Shown here piece by piece: positions 9,253-18,945 of a DNA stretch of 64,000 bases. Position numbers and translations under genes: made by a program. Under the pieces are notes generated by a model, which saw only the letters and a list, made by a program, of their open reading frames with translations, did no database searches and was not told the origin of the DNA. The DNA lies in NCBI GenBank assembly GCA_049412325.1, contig JBMSEL010000002.1, forward strand, positions 14,523-78,522, written 5' to 3'. Position 1 is the first letter of the stretch, and every line of letters begins with the position of its first letter. Source of the stretch: Poseidonia sp. (lineage in GTDB: Archaea; Thermoplasmatota; Poseidoniia; Poseidoniales; Poseidoniaceae).

Positions 9253-11460
9253 ATGGGACGCAAAGAAGACAACATCAAGAAGGCCACAGAAGTCATGCAC
9301 GTTCTTCCTCAAATCAGGAACTTGTGCATCGCAGCTCACATTGACCACGGCAAGACCACGCTCTCGGACAACCTCATCGCAGGTGCAGGTATGATGTCCA
9401 ACGAACTTGCTGGTGCTGCTCGTGTCCTTGATTTTGACGAGCAAGAATCGGCTCGTGGTATCACCATCAACGCTGCATCCGCTTCCATGGTGCACGCTGT
9501 GGAAGGCACAGACTACCTCATCAACCTCATCGACACTCCCGGTCACGTTGACTTCGGTGGCGACGTCACCCGTGCCATGCGTGCCGTTGACGGTTGTTTC
9601 ATCCTCGCTTGTGCGGTTGAAGGCCCCATGCCCCAAACCGAAACCGTGGTTCGCCAAGCCCTGAAGGAGAAGGTGAAGCCGGTTCTCTTCATCAACAAGG
9701 TTGACCGTCTCATCAACGAGTTGCAGGTCACTCCTGAAGACATGATGGCTCGCTTTACAGAGACCATCAAGAAGGTCAACAAGCTCATCAAGCAGTTTGC
9801 TCCCGAAGGCATGGGCAAGGCATGGCAAGTTTCCGTCCAAGACGGTACGGTCGCCTTTGGTTCGGCTTATCACAACTGGGGAATCACCGTCCCTTACATG
9901 GCCAAGTCCGGGATTTCATTCAAGGAAATTTTCGAGTACTGTAACAACGAAGACCAGAAGACCCTCGCCCAGAAGGCTCCCGTTCACGAAGTGCTTCTGG
10001 ACATGGCGGTCACCAAACTACCCGGCCCCATCGACGCCCAGAAGTATCGTATCCCCAACATCTGGACGGGCGACCTTGAGTCCGATATTGGTCAAGCGAT
10101 GATGAACTGCGATCCGGAAGCAGAACTGGCCATGATGGTCACCAAGATTTGGATGGACCCTCACGCTGGTGAAGTGGCCGTTGGCCGTGTGTACTCCGGT
10201 TCCATCAATCAGGGTGAATCGGTCTACGCCATCGGCGCGGCCAAACCAGAGCGTGTCCAACAAGTGGCCATGATGGTTGGTGGAGACCGTATCACCGTGC
10301 CGAAGGTCGTTGCTGGCAACATCGCCGCCGTCACCGGTATTCGCTCTGCCGCAGCCGGTGTGACCCTGTCTCGCAACAAGGACTTCACGCCGTTTGAAGC
10401 CATCCGCCACTACTCCGACCCGGTCGTTACCGTTGCTGTTGAGCCCAAGAGCATGAAGGACTTGCCCAAGTTCATCGACGCCCTACGCTCGCTTGCCAAG
10501 GCCGATGCTTCGCTCCAAGTCACCACCAACCAAGAAACGGGTGAAGCGCTGCTCGCTGGAATGGGTGAGCTTCACTTGGAGATCACCGTTTACCGAATTG
10601 AGGAAGAACAGAACATCAAGGTCAAGGTCAGCCCGCCCATCGTCGTTTACCGAGAGGGCATCCAGGGGTCCAACCGTGGCAACTCGTTCGAAGGCAAGTC
10701 GCCCAACCGGCACAACCGATTCATGTTTGAGATTGAAGCCCTCCCAACTGAGGTTGTTGCCGCTTTGCGAGCAGGTGAACTTGGCGATGGCCCTGTCCGC
10801 AGCAGCGATGCCAAGGAAGTTGGAAACAAGTTCGGTGAATACGGCATGGACAAAGACATCATGCGCAAAATCTACGCCATCAAGGGAACCAACGTCCTTG
10901 TCAACGACACCAAGGGTATTCAGAACCTTCACGAAACCCGTGAACTCATCATTGAAGCCTTCAACGAAGTGTGCGTGAAGGGCCCCGTCGCTGATGAACC
11001 TGTACAAGGCATGTACGTCCGTTTGGTCGATGCAAAACTCCACGAAGACGCCATTCACCGTGGCCCTGCTCAAACCATTCCTGCTGTCCGAAACGGCATC
11101 AAGGGTGCGATGATGCGAGCCAAGACCGTTCTGCTCGAACCCATGCAAAAGGCGTTCATTTCGGTACCTAACGATTGGCTTGGCCAGGTGACCCGTGAGG
11201 TCACCACTCGCCGTGGGATCATCGAAGACATGCCCTCGGAAGGCGCTGTCACCACCGTTGTCGGTGTGATTCCCATCGCCGAGACCTTCGGTTTCTCCAA
11301 CGATATTCGGGCTGCCTCGCAAGGACGAGCCGTATGGAACACCGAGAATCTTGGTTTTGAGATCCTCCCGCCTCAACTCTTCGACAAGGTTGTTGGAGAA
11401 ATTCGTCAGCGCAAGGGCCTGAAGCCTGAGCCCAACCCCGAATCCTACTACGCCGATTGA
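9253..11460 (+). CDS. fusA: Translation elongation factor aEF-2
   Basis: G1 motif AHIDHGKTT and DTPGHVDF. Diphthamide-site region HEDAIHRGPAQ. Length is about 735 aa. Confidence 0.95.
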   Translation: MGRKEDNIKKATEVMHVLPQIRNLCIAAHIDHGKTTLSDNLIAGAGMMSNELAGAARVLDFDEQESARGITINAASASMVHAVEGTDYLINLIDTPGHVDFGGDVTRAMRAVDGCFILACAVEGPMPQTETVVRQALKEKVKPVLFINKVDRLINELQVTPEDMMARFTETIKKVNKLIKQFAPEGMGKAWQVSVQDGTVAFGSAYHNWGITVPYMAKSGISFKEIFEYCNNEDQKTLAQKAPVHEVLLDMAVTKLPGPIDAQKYRIPNIWTGDLESDIGQAMMNCDPEAELAMMVTKIWMDPHAGEVAVGRVYSGSINQGESVYAIGAAKPERVQQVAMMVGGDRITVPKVVAGNIAAVTGIRSAAAGVTLSRNKDFTPFEAIRHYSDPVVTVAVEPKSMKDLPKFIDALRSLAKADASLQVTTNQETGEALLAGMGELHLEITVYRIEEEQNIKVKVSPPIVVYREGIQGSNRGNSFEGKSPNRHNRFMFEIEALPTEVVAALRAGELGDGPVRSSDAKEVGNKFGEYGMDKDIMRKIYAIKGTNVLVNDTKGIQNLHETRELIIEAFNEVCVKGPVADEPVQGMYVRLVDAKLHEDAIHRGPAQTIPAVRNGIKGAMMRAKTVLLEPMQKAFISVPNDWLGQVTREVTTRRGIIEDMPSEGAVTTVVGVIPIAETFGFSNDIRAASQGRAVWNTENLGFEILPPQLFDKVVGEIRQRKGLKPEPNPESYYAD

Positions 11461-11469
11461 GGTCGCCAG

Positions 11470-11958
11470 ATGACTGGGGTCGTTCTTGGGCTCCATGTGA
11501 ACCCCAACGGGGGTGTTCCGAAGCATCATGTGGATACGTTGACCGTTCATCAAGAAGGATGCGTAGGCGACAAACAGAACGACCGAAAGCATCACGGTGG
11601 TCCACTCAAGGCTGTTTCAATACTTGAACAACATGTACTGGAACATCTTCAGTCAGAAGGCCATCCGATTTCACCGGGAAGCACCGGAGAAAATGTGTTG
11701 CTCGGTGGTACGGGGGCGGGTGAGATCAGAATTGGGTCGCAACTTGAATTTGGAGAGGTACGCCTGTGCATCACCAGCGATGCCCCTCCCTGCAAGACCA
11801 TCCAAGCCTCGTTTCAAAAAGGGAACTTCAATCATCTGAGCCATCGAAAAATACAGGGGCAAACTCGCTGGTATGCCCGTGTGTTGCGTGAAGGCACCAT
11901 CACGGTAGGTGATGAAGTTCTTATCCTCAATGAAGACGGGCCAATTGGAAATCAGTGA
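11470..11958 (+). CDS. MOSC domain protein
   Basis: Typical MOSC/YiiM features: HHGGPLKAVSIL, PGSTGENVLL and the conserved Cys (PPCKTI). Confidence 0.75.
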   Translation: MTGVVLGLHVNPNGGVPKHHVDTLTVHQEGCVGDKQNDRKHHGGPLKAVSILEQHVLEHLQSEGHPISPGSTGENVLLGGTGAGEIRIGSQLEFGEVRLCITSDAPPCKTIQASFQKGNFNHLSHRKIQGQTRWYARVLREGTITVGDEVLILNEDGPIGNQ

Positions 11959-13678
11959 GTTCTCGTAATGCACGAATGGCAGGATTGTCTTCGAGTCGGT
12001 CCAAGCAAGCGTGCGCCTGCTTGTGGAAGTCTTCCGCCATGGTTCGTGCATAATCGACGGAACCCAATTCTGCAAGGGCCGCCAAACCGTCAGCCAATGC
12101 ATCTGGTTCAACGGACTCACCCTTCCCCAAGACGGCCAGTAAACGCTGCTTAACCGGTCCGTCAGGCTGACGAAGCGCGTGGATAATCATCAACGTCCGC
12201 TTACCTTGTGCGATATCTGATCCAGCTGGTTTGCCAAGGGTTTCGGAATCTGAAAGCACGTCGATCACATCGTCCATGAGTTGGAAGCAGAGGCCGAGAG
12301 CTTTGCCCCAGTCAGCCATCAGTTGGATGACTTCATCATCTGCTCCGGAGATTCTGGCACCGATTTCCGCACAGATCCAGAACATGACCGCCGTTTTTCC
12401 TTCTATCATTTCGAGGTAATCGTCCTCAGAGACTTCCAGTCGGTCCTCAAACTCAATGTCGAGTTGCTGCCCTTCGCTGACTCTGCGCACCATCCAGGCA
12501 ATACGGTTAACCAACGGTGCAACATCATCTGATTCCAGATTTTCTGCCTGAACAAGACGTTCGAAAGCAATGGCGAGCATTGCGTCGCCTGCATTGATGG
12601 CGGTTGGGATGCCATATTCGATGTGGACAGCGTTCCGTCCCCGTCGGAGTTCGTCATCGTCCATGATATCGTCGTGGACCAGCGTAAAATTGTGGACTGT
12701 TTCGATGGCGGCGCCGATGTCAAAGAGTCCTGAGTGTGTGTCCCCTACAGCCTTACCGACCAGCCACGGAAGGGTCGCTCGCATTCGCTTTCCTCCCCCT
12801 TCAATCAGGTGCATCATAGCGTCACCAAGTCGCTCATGCCTGGATGCCCGGAGACTTGATTCAATGCGCTGCTCAATGAGTGGCTTCACCTCCATGATGG
12901 CAGTGAGGAGGTCAGCTCCCTCGGCCCCTGGAAGCATGAAGGTGATGTCACCCATGTCATGGATGAGGTCGTCGGCCAACTCATCTAACGCGTTCTTGTC
13001 GTTGTATGATTCCCACCACGATGGCTGCATCACACGGGTGGCAATGCATCGGAACCATGGAGCGATGGCTTCCTCGGGTGGACGCTCTTCAAGAAGCATC
13101 GCTTCGAGTTGCTCTTGTGAAACCCACATCGTATTGGCGACTTCATTTGGGTTTGGTGTGAGGTTCACATCAGCACACATCACGAGAATGTGGTCGACCT
13201 CTCGTTCAATCCACTCACTGTTCATTCGAGCAGCATAACGCATTTTTGACATGAAGGTCATGTCATCGGTCGATATGGTGGATGGATCGATGCCGAGTTC
13301 TTGCTCAAGTTTACGCACAGCGGCTCGCTTTACGCCCATGGCACCTTCCTCTTCCAATTCTTCAGGACTGTGCAACGGATGTGAGCAACACGCGTTTGCC
13401 CACACACTGGGGAACGTGACTTTGTCAGGTGAACGTTGTTGCAGCAGCATCTCTCCCTTGGTGTTGAACAACAACACGCTGAAGGCTCGGTGAAAATGAC
13501 CCGTTCCTTGATGCGTTTCGAGTTTTGACATCGGACCAATAACCGTGTCGTCTTCGGCTACCTGAATGACGGCCTCTGCCATCAACGAGGCTTGAGCTTC
13601 GTCTGCAGAACGAAGGGCAGCCATCTCGTCTGGGTTGAGTTCGACATGCGGGACGTCACTGATTCCATACCCTGACAT
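11927..13678 (-). CDS. Fusion: type-1 (eukaryote-like) IPP isomerase + short-chain polyprenyl (GGPP-type) synthase
   Basis: N-terminal half has HRAFSVLLFNTKGEMLLQQRSPDKVTFPSVWANACCSHPL and PWFRCIA..WW (IDI1). C-terminal half has FARM VHDDIMDDDELRRGR and SARM FQLMDDVIDV. Confidence 0.85.
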   Translation of the reverse strand: MSGYGISDVPHVELNPDEMAALRSADEAQASLMAEAVIQVAEDDTVIGPMSKLETHQGTGHFHRAFSVLLFNTKGEMLLQQRSPDKVTFPSVWANACCSHPLHSPEELEEEGAMGVKRAAVRKLEQELGIDPSTISTDDMTFMSKMRYAARMNSEWIEREVDHILVMCADVNLTPNPNEVANTMWVSQEQLEAMLLEERPPEEAIAPWFRCIATRVMQPSWWESYNDKNALDELADDLIHDMGDITFMLPGAEGADLLTAIMEVKPLIEQRIESSLRASRHERLGDAMMHLIEGGGKRMRATLPWLVGKAVGDTHSGLFDIGAAIETVHNFTLVHDDIMDDDELRRGRNAVHIEYGIPTAINAGDAMLAIAFERLVQAENLESDDVAPLVNRIAWMVRRVSEGQQLDIEFEDRLEVSEDDYLEMIEGKTAVMFWICAEIGARISGADDEVIQLMADWGKALGLCFQLMDDVIDVLSDSETLGKPAGSDIAQGKRTLMIIHALRQPDGPVKQRLLAVLGKGESVEPDALADGLAALAELGSVDYARTMAEDFHKQAHACLDRLEDNPAIRALRELTDFQLARLH

Positions 13679-13732
13679 GTGTTCACCACGCTGTTGGAGT
13701 CGCGGAGGCTACATGAAGAGTTCTCTGCACCA

Positions 13733-14545
13733 TCAAGGAACCAAAATCGTGCCTCGAACGGGCTCACCGAGGCATGCGTCGCGGACTCGACATTCCAACT
13801 CTCCACTCACAAGATGCACTTCGACGCCATGATTTGCTGCATCAAAGCCCCTGGCGACTTTCAGGCCAATCCCGCCGGTCACGTCCATGTGGGCGGCATG
13901 CTCCCCCTCAAAGGCATCGTCTTTGGACAACGTCGGCAACAGGAGCCCCTCATCATGTTCACCGGTGGGGGGAGAAGCCAGCACGCCCTCAACACCGCCC
14001 ATGGCAAACACCAATCGCTTCACTCCGGGAAGTTCACTCGCAAGCCGGTAGACAAGGTCGTCGCCGGAAAGGATACCGAATTCAGCCTGACCATCGCAGT
14101 CCACCACATCGCCATGCGTGACCATCACGATCCCACGAGGTGCCGCAGCAAACATGGAGAGGTCGCCTTGGAAATCAGGCCCGACGTTTCGTGCCCATTG
14201 ATGGGGAGAGAGAGAGACGGCCGATACGTCGTACTTTGTTAATGCATCAAGCACATGTTGGTTCAGTTCCATCATGTCTTCTCGCACGGCCACCACCGCA
14301 TCATCCTGTGTCATCTCATCGGGTACCGCATCGGGAGAACATCGGCCCTCGGCCAACCGGTAGGCTTTGGCTTTGAGGTGGCCGAACGACCCGGCCCCAT
14401 GAACCAGTACCACGTCCAAGCCCGCAGCCACACAACTTTCGAGTTGGTTGGCGAGGTTATCGATGATGTCATGACGGACAGATTTCATCCGGTCTTTGTG
14501 GGTGATCAGGCCGCCACCCCATTTGACGACGACCCGCTCACGCAT
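13733..14545 (-). CDS. ipk: Isopentenyl phosphate kinase
   Basis: Amino-acid-kinase fold with VVKWGGGLITHK and VLVHGAGSFGH. Lies directly downstream of the IDI-GGPPS gene. Confidence 0.8.
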   Translation of the reverse strand: MRERVVVKWGGGLITHKDRMKSVRHDIIDNLANQLESCVAAGLDVVLVHGAGSFGHLKAKAYRLAEGRCSPDAVPDEMTQDDAVVAVREDMMELNQHVLDALTKYDVSAVSLSPHQWARNVGPDFQGDLSMFAAAPRGIVMVTHGDVVDCDGQAEFGILSGDDLVYRLASELPGVKRLVFAMGGVEGVLASPPTGEHDEGLLLPTLSKDDAFEGEHAAHMDVTGGIGLKVARGFDAANHGVEVHLVSGELECRVRDACLGEPVRGTILVP

Positions 14546-14604
14546 GGTTGCACGAGAGGGCGGTGAATCATGAGTTTACCGTTAGAAGCGGATGGCAAGG
14601 ATTC

Positions 14605-14967
14605 ATGAGGCACGGGTCGCGTGTTGGGGTCATGGGCGAAGAACCAACGGTTGAGGCCTTTATGCGTCATCTCCAAGTTTGTGTTGAGGAAGCCCGCACC
14701 ATCGCCGACCGTAAAGAACGAGAGCAACGACTCTGGCAACTTGAATCGGCCATTCAAGAGGCGATTATTTACAAGAACAGGGTGGAGGAACTTCAGCGTC
14801 ATGGAATCGACCCGATCCGTTTGGTCGAGGCACAATCGCCCATGTCGCAACCCACAGCACCCAAAAAGGTCGAGGCCCTGCTCTCCGGGCACAATCACTG
14901 CAAGACCTGTGCCGCTGTTCTTGAACCGGATTTGCCGTTCTGCCCCGCATGCGGAGCACAGCAGTGA
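14605..14967 (+). CDS. Coiled-coil protein with C-terminal zinc ribbon
   Basis: CKTC...FCPACG at the C-terminus. Alternative start ATG14632; the track ORF from 14548 would overlap the divergent ipk. Confidence 0.5.
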   Translation: MRHGSRVGVMGEEPTVEAFMRHLQVCVEEARTIADRKEREQRLWQLESAIQEAIIYKNRVEELQRHGIDPIRLVEAQSPMSQPTAPKKVEALLSGHNHCKTCAAVLEPDLPFCPACGAQQ

Positions 14968-14971
14968 TGGT

Positions 14972-15661
14972 TCACTCCTCTTCTTCAAGTTCCCACTGCT
15001 CGATGATTTCGAGAATGATCGGATCATCCTCATCAATCTTGTAGAGGTACTCGCCAGGAACTTCGTCCGTCAGGAACACGGTGGTACCTGCACGGTAAAT
15101 TGTATGGCCGTCAGCAATGGCTCGAGAGGTATCAATCTCCAAGATGGTTGGGCGGTCGATCCGAACGTGACCGGCTTCCATGGCATTATGGATGGTTCGA
15201 GAAAGGTGGACATTCTTTCGGTCACCTGCGGTCAAACCAAACTCCAGCAAGGTCTCAACATCATCCGATTCGCAGGGGTAATACAATGCTTCGGGAATGT
15301 CATCGGTGGGGAGGTCGAGGTCCAGTTCAATGGAATGCCCGTAGGTGGCACGAATCATGCCGTTTTCAACTTGATAGCGGCCCTTTTCGTCTGCGTTCGC
15401 AATGGCTTCGAAATGCCATCCTCGCAGCCAGTGGTAATGGCGTCGCTGGTTGCCGATGGCCTCGGAGAGTTCACGGGTGTTGACCCATCCGTTGATGTCC
15501 ATGTCCACGCTGAATTTCTCAGGGGCGTGGCGTAGCACAAGGGCGAGGATACGGCCGAGGGAGTTGGCTTCTCGGTCGCTCATGATGAATTTTCCTTCAT
15601 CGTTGCAAACAGGGCAGTTCGTGCCTGAAAAATGTCCGTGACTTTTGCATTGGCGTAGCAT
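14972..15661 (-). CDS. kptA: RNA 2'-phosphotransferase Tpt1/KptA with N-terminal zinc ribbon
   Basis: Motifs LVLRHAPEKF, GRYQVENGMIRATYGHS and VHLSRT. The N-terminus has C..HG...CPVC. Confidence 0.85.
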   Translation of the reverse strand: MLRQCKSHGHFSGTNCPVCNDEGKFIMSDREANSLGRILALVLRHAPEKFSVDMDINGWVNTRELSEAIGNQRRHYHWLRGWHFEAIANADEKGRYQVENGMIRATYGHSIELDLDLPTDDIPEALYYPCESDDVETLLEFGLTAGDRKNVHLSRTIHNAMEAGHVRIDRPTILEIDTSRAIADGHTIYRAGTTVFLTDEVPGEYLYKIDEDDPIILEIIEQWELEEEE

Positions 15662-15754
15662 GTAGTCTATGCGGGTGCGACCTGTTCAAGAACCCTACGG
15701 GAGGTTGCGGCTTGAAAAGAAGTCCTTTGAATTCAAACTAAGCGCGGGTATGAA

Positions 15755-16951
15755 ATGCCTCGTCTTCCTCCAAGGGTCATGGTGGATGTGGCCGTTGTCG
15801 GTGCTGGGCAAACCAAGTACGGGAATCACGCGCTTGGACTCAAAGGCATGTGGGCTGAGGCAGCTGGGAAGGCCTTTGCGAGCGTTGACGGCGATTTTGA
15901 CCCTTCCATCATTGATGAAGCGTTCATTGGCAGTATTGCGTTTGGCGGCTCCCAACTCGGCAACACGGCGGCCCTCCTGACCGAGCATTCCGCCATGGAC
16001 GGTATTTCGGTTCGACGCGTTGAGAACGCTTGTGCTTCGTCTGGCTTTGCTTTTCGCGATGCTTGGATGGCCATCAAGAGCGGGCAAGCCGATGTTGTGG
16101 TTGCCGGTGGCATTGAGAAAATGAACGACCTGACACCTGAACGCAAACGATACTGGCTGGGGGTTTCTGGAGATACGGAATGGGAACGTCTTGCAGGACT
16201 TACCTTTCCCGGCACCTATGCATTGATGGCTCGACGATACTTTCACGAATTTGATGCAAGCCACGATGATTTAGTTCATGTGAGCGTGAAAAATCATCTC
16301 CACGGCTCCATGAACCCCGATGCCCACATCCAGAAAGAGGTTAGTTTTGAGAAAGCTGCTGGTGGTTTCATGGTCGCCGACCCATTGACGCTCTACGATT
16401 GCTGCCCGACGTCCGATGGGGCCTCTTGTGTGGTTCTTGCTGCCGACCATGTCGCCAAGAAATTCACCGACACGCCGGTTTGGGTGCGTGGCTCGGGCGC
16501 TGCCTCCGACCATTTGGCCCTTCACGACCGACCGACCATCACCCAACTCAAAGCCACGAGGGACGCCTCGAACAAAGCCTACGCCATGGCCGGGATTGAC
16601 GCTCGCCAAATCGATCTGGCCGAAGTCCATGATTGCTTCACCATTGCTGAGGTGTTGGCAACCGAAGACCTCGGTTTTTCAGAAAGAGGTGAGGGGGGAC
16701 TCTTCGCTCGTAACGGTGAAGGCCGTTTGAACGAAGGTCATACCACGGTCAACGCCAGTGGTGGTCTGAAATCAAAAGGCCATCCTCTTGGGGCAACGGG
16801 CACGGGCCAGGTGGTTGAAGTGTTCAAGCAATTGCGTGGACAAGTGGCATCAAGCCGCCAAGTTCGAGATGCTGAAACCGCCTTGACACACAACGTCGGC
16901 GGTTCGGGTGCTACGTGCGCCGTCCACGTCTTTGGGAGGGATCGTCCATGA
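15755..16951 (+). CDS. Archaeal-type acetyl-CoA acetyltransferase (thiolase)
   Basis: Motifs VAVVGAGQTKYG, RVENACASSG (active Cys), HDCFT and NASGGLKSKGHPLGATG. Alternative start ATG15779. Confidence 0.85.
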   Translation: MPRLPPRVMVDVAVVGAGQTKYGNHALGLKGMWAEAAGKAFASVDGDFDPSIIDEAFIGSIAFGGSQLGNTAALLTEHSAMDGISVRRVENACASSGFAFRDAWMAIKSGQADVVVAGGIEKMNDLTPERKRYWLGVSGDTEWERLAGLTFPGTYALMARRYFHEFDASHDDLVHVSVKNHLHGSMNPDAHIQKEVSFEKAAGGFMVADPLTLYDCCPTSDGASCVVLAADHVAKKFTDTPVWVRGSGAASDHLALHDRPTITQLKATRDASNKAYAMAGIDARQIDLAEVHDCFTIAEVLATEDLGFSERGEGGLFARNGEGRLNEGHTTVNASGGLKSKGHPLGATGTGQVVEVFKQLRGQVASSRQVRDAETALTHNVGGSGATCAVHVFGRDRP

Positions 16952-17778
16952 CCGCTGAAGTATGGATGGGCTATCTTGTTGACGCTCACGACGATTTTGT
17001 CATGGTCCAATCGCCCTTTGTCCTCGATGGGTCAAGGGTCTTTGGTGCTGACAGCGATGGAACGACGCTTGCTGTCGCTGGTCTTCTCCACCGACTTCAG
17101 CACGAATCGATTGCATCCATCTCTGTTCCCGATGGCATTGACGGACAAAGTCTCTCAATGGCTACAGGCATTGTATTGCATGACGAAGAAGCGGAAGATG
17201 AAGCGCCGTGGGACGTGCTGATGAGCGACGAAGCGACTGTGGTGATCGCCAAACATGGTGCAGATGTAGAATTGACGACCTTGGACGTTGAGGTCGAGGT
17301 TGATTCGGCGTTCAATGCAGCCCTTGAAGCGGCGTGGGAGGCCGAACTCACGGCCACACATGTAAGTCAAGGGGCCTACGTCTCTCGTGCGCAGTACGAA
17401 GAGGCGGCCAAGTCCAGACTGTCTCTCCTTGGGCAATCGGTACAAGAAGGCGTTGTTTGGCCGCCTCGGTTCACCCATGTCGTGGACGGCTCACCTTCAA
17501 CCGGTCATCTTCTCCAGCGAACTGGCACTGTTCAATCTTGGACAACCCTTTCTGCCGCGGGTGCTCCATCTGAATTTTCGCTACGTGCGCCGCTTCTTGG
17601 TGGTATCAGCACCGTCTACCTCCAACTTGACGACGGTCCACGAGGTGTCTTCTTGACCGTTGACGATGAATCGCCTCATTTCGAAATGGGTCTGTCGATG
17701 GAACTTGTCTTTCGACGCCTTTACGCTCAAGAGGGCTTCATCCGCTATGGACTGAAGGCTCGGGCCATTGATGATTGA
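16948..17778 (+). CDS. DUF35 (OB-fold) family protein, atypical: long acidic N-terminal extension and Cys-less ribbon
   Basis: The C-terminal GTVQSWTTLS...VYLQLDDGPRGVFLTVDD...MGLSMELVFRR pattern matches the DUF35 OB fold. WPPRF is retained but the ribbon cysteines are absent. ATGA overlap with the thiolase stop. Confidence 0.6.
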   Translation: MTAEVWMGYLVDAHDDFVMVQSPFVLDGSRVFGADSDGTTLAVAGLLHRLQHESIASISVPDGIDGQSLSMATGIVLHDEEAEDEAPWDVLMSDEATVVIAKHGADVELTTLDVEVEVDSAFNAALEAAWEAELTATHVSQGAYVSRAQYEEAAKSRLSLLGQSVQEGVVWPPRFTHVVDGSPSTGHLLQRTGTVQSWTTLSAAGAPSEFSLRAPLLGGISTVYLQLDDGPRGVFLTVDDESPHFEMGLSMELVFRRLYAQEGFIRYGLKARAIDD

Positions 17779-18832
17779 CAAAGCATTCATAGAAAGCAAA
17801 GTTCACCCTCCCAGCATGGCGGGTTTTGGTGGCTTGAGAAAGGGCCGAGAAGAAGCACGAGACAACCTCGGTTATACCGAAGGCGGCGATTGCCCTCGGT
17901 GCGGAGGCAGTGCCCAGAATTCAACCATGGCAGGTTACCTGCAATGTGCTTCCTGCGGCCATGAATGGGCAGACCCGAACCACAAGGAGGCCAAGAAGCG
18001 GCCAGCACCCCCGACGCACCATCGGGACGCTGAAATGATTGAACAATTCAAACAAGATATGGCGACGGGTGAGCTCGCCAATGTCCTTGGCATCAAGAAG
18101 AACTTGTCCGGTGAGCAAGAGCAATCTTTGAAGCGACTTGAAGACAAGTGGATGAGCGGTATGCAAGGCCATTACAACGCTGCAGCGGAAGAACGCAAAC
18201 CGCTCATGATCAGTTTTGACGACGATGACAACATCCTCTCAACAGAAGTCGCTGCCATCACGATTGTGTCCAATGGATTTGACGGTGGAGAAGAGATTCG
18301 GCTTGAATACCCTGGTCGTGGAACGGAATTTTATGCTTACAATGAGCGAAGCCCAACAGGATGGAAGCGTGGGCCCAACGCTGAAACGACAGCTCGTTCA
18401 ATTACAAACGTGATCAACCGTTCCTCTCGGTTGGTGTATGCGAACCTCGAAGGCACCCGAATCTCGTTCGAACTCCGAGATGATGACTTGAACGCCGCTT
18501 CATTTGTCATCTTCGTGGACGATCCTGGTGGCACGGACATCGTTGCAGAAAAAGGAGGCGTGGTGTTGGACCATCGCGACTTCTCAACCATTCAGGATTA
18601 TCGCAACGTCGTCGAAATGGTCCTCGAGGATGGCATCATTTCTCCCAGCGAGGATCAACTTCTCTGGGCCATGCGTGAACAATTGAACATTGACGATGCC
18701 TATCACATTCAAATGGTGATGGATATTTGTGGCGAGAACACACTGAAGGAATGCACAAATTGTGGTGGCATGGCTGAATTATATGCTGAACACGCAGCGT
18801 GGTATTGCCATGCCTGTGAAGCATGGTGCTAA
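17771..18832 (+). CDS. Hypothetical protein with N- and C-terminal zinc ribbons
   Basis: CPRCGG...CASCGH at the N-terminus and CTNCGG...CHACEAWC at the C-terminus. The start overlaps the DUF35 gene end by 8 nt. Confidence 0.55.
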   Translation: MIDKAFIESKVHPPSMAGFGGLRKGREEARDNLGYTEGGDCPRCGGSAQNSTMAGYLQCASCGHEWADPNHKEAKKRPAPPTHHRDAEMIEQFKQDMATGELANVLGIKKNLSGEQEQSLKRLEDKWMSGMQGHYNAAAEERKPLMISFDDDDNILSTEVAAITIVSNGFDGGEEIRLEYPGRGTEFYAYNERSPTGWKRGPNAETTARSITNVINRSSRLVYANLEGTRISFELRDDDLNAASFVIFVDDPGGTDIVAEKGGVVLDHRDFSTIQDYRNVVEMVLEDGIISPSEDQLLWAMREQLNIDDAYHIQMVMDICGENTLKECTNCGGMAELYAEHAAWYCHACEAWC

Positions 18833-18945
18833 GGCCTCTATTCAATCGCATGACTATGTTCTATAGATGTAATTATTCACCCATTGCCTTTTTATCTCTA
18901 TCATGAATGTGGGCACTCTTCATAAAGTGAAGCGGTATCCGAAAG

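Noticed and set aside
10483-11595. 370-aa ORF antisense to aEF-2 (and a 241-aa one at 9148-9873).
   Set aside because: It lies entirely within the unmistakable EF-2 gene on the opposite strand. Its Gly/Val/Asp/Leu-rich composition has no motifs. Long antisense frames are expected opposite strongly codon-biased genes.
12570-13238. 222-aa plus-strand ORF inside the IDI-GGPPS gene. Similar antisense ORFs occur at 15695-16264, 46980-47588 and 51522-52187.
   Set aside because: All are antisense to motif-verified genes and have Ser/Arg/Cys-rich low-information sequences.
14621-15535. 304-aa plus-strand ORF overlapping kptA.
   Set aside because: The opposite strand encodes a motif-complete Tpt1/KptA, and this frame has no recognisable features.
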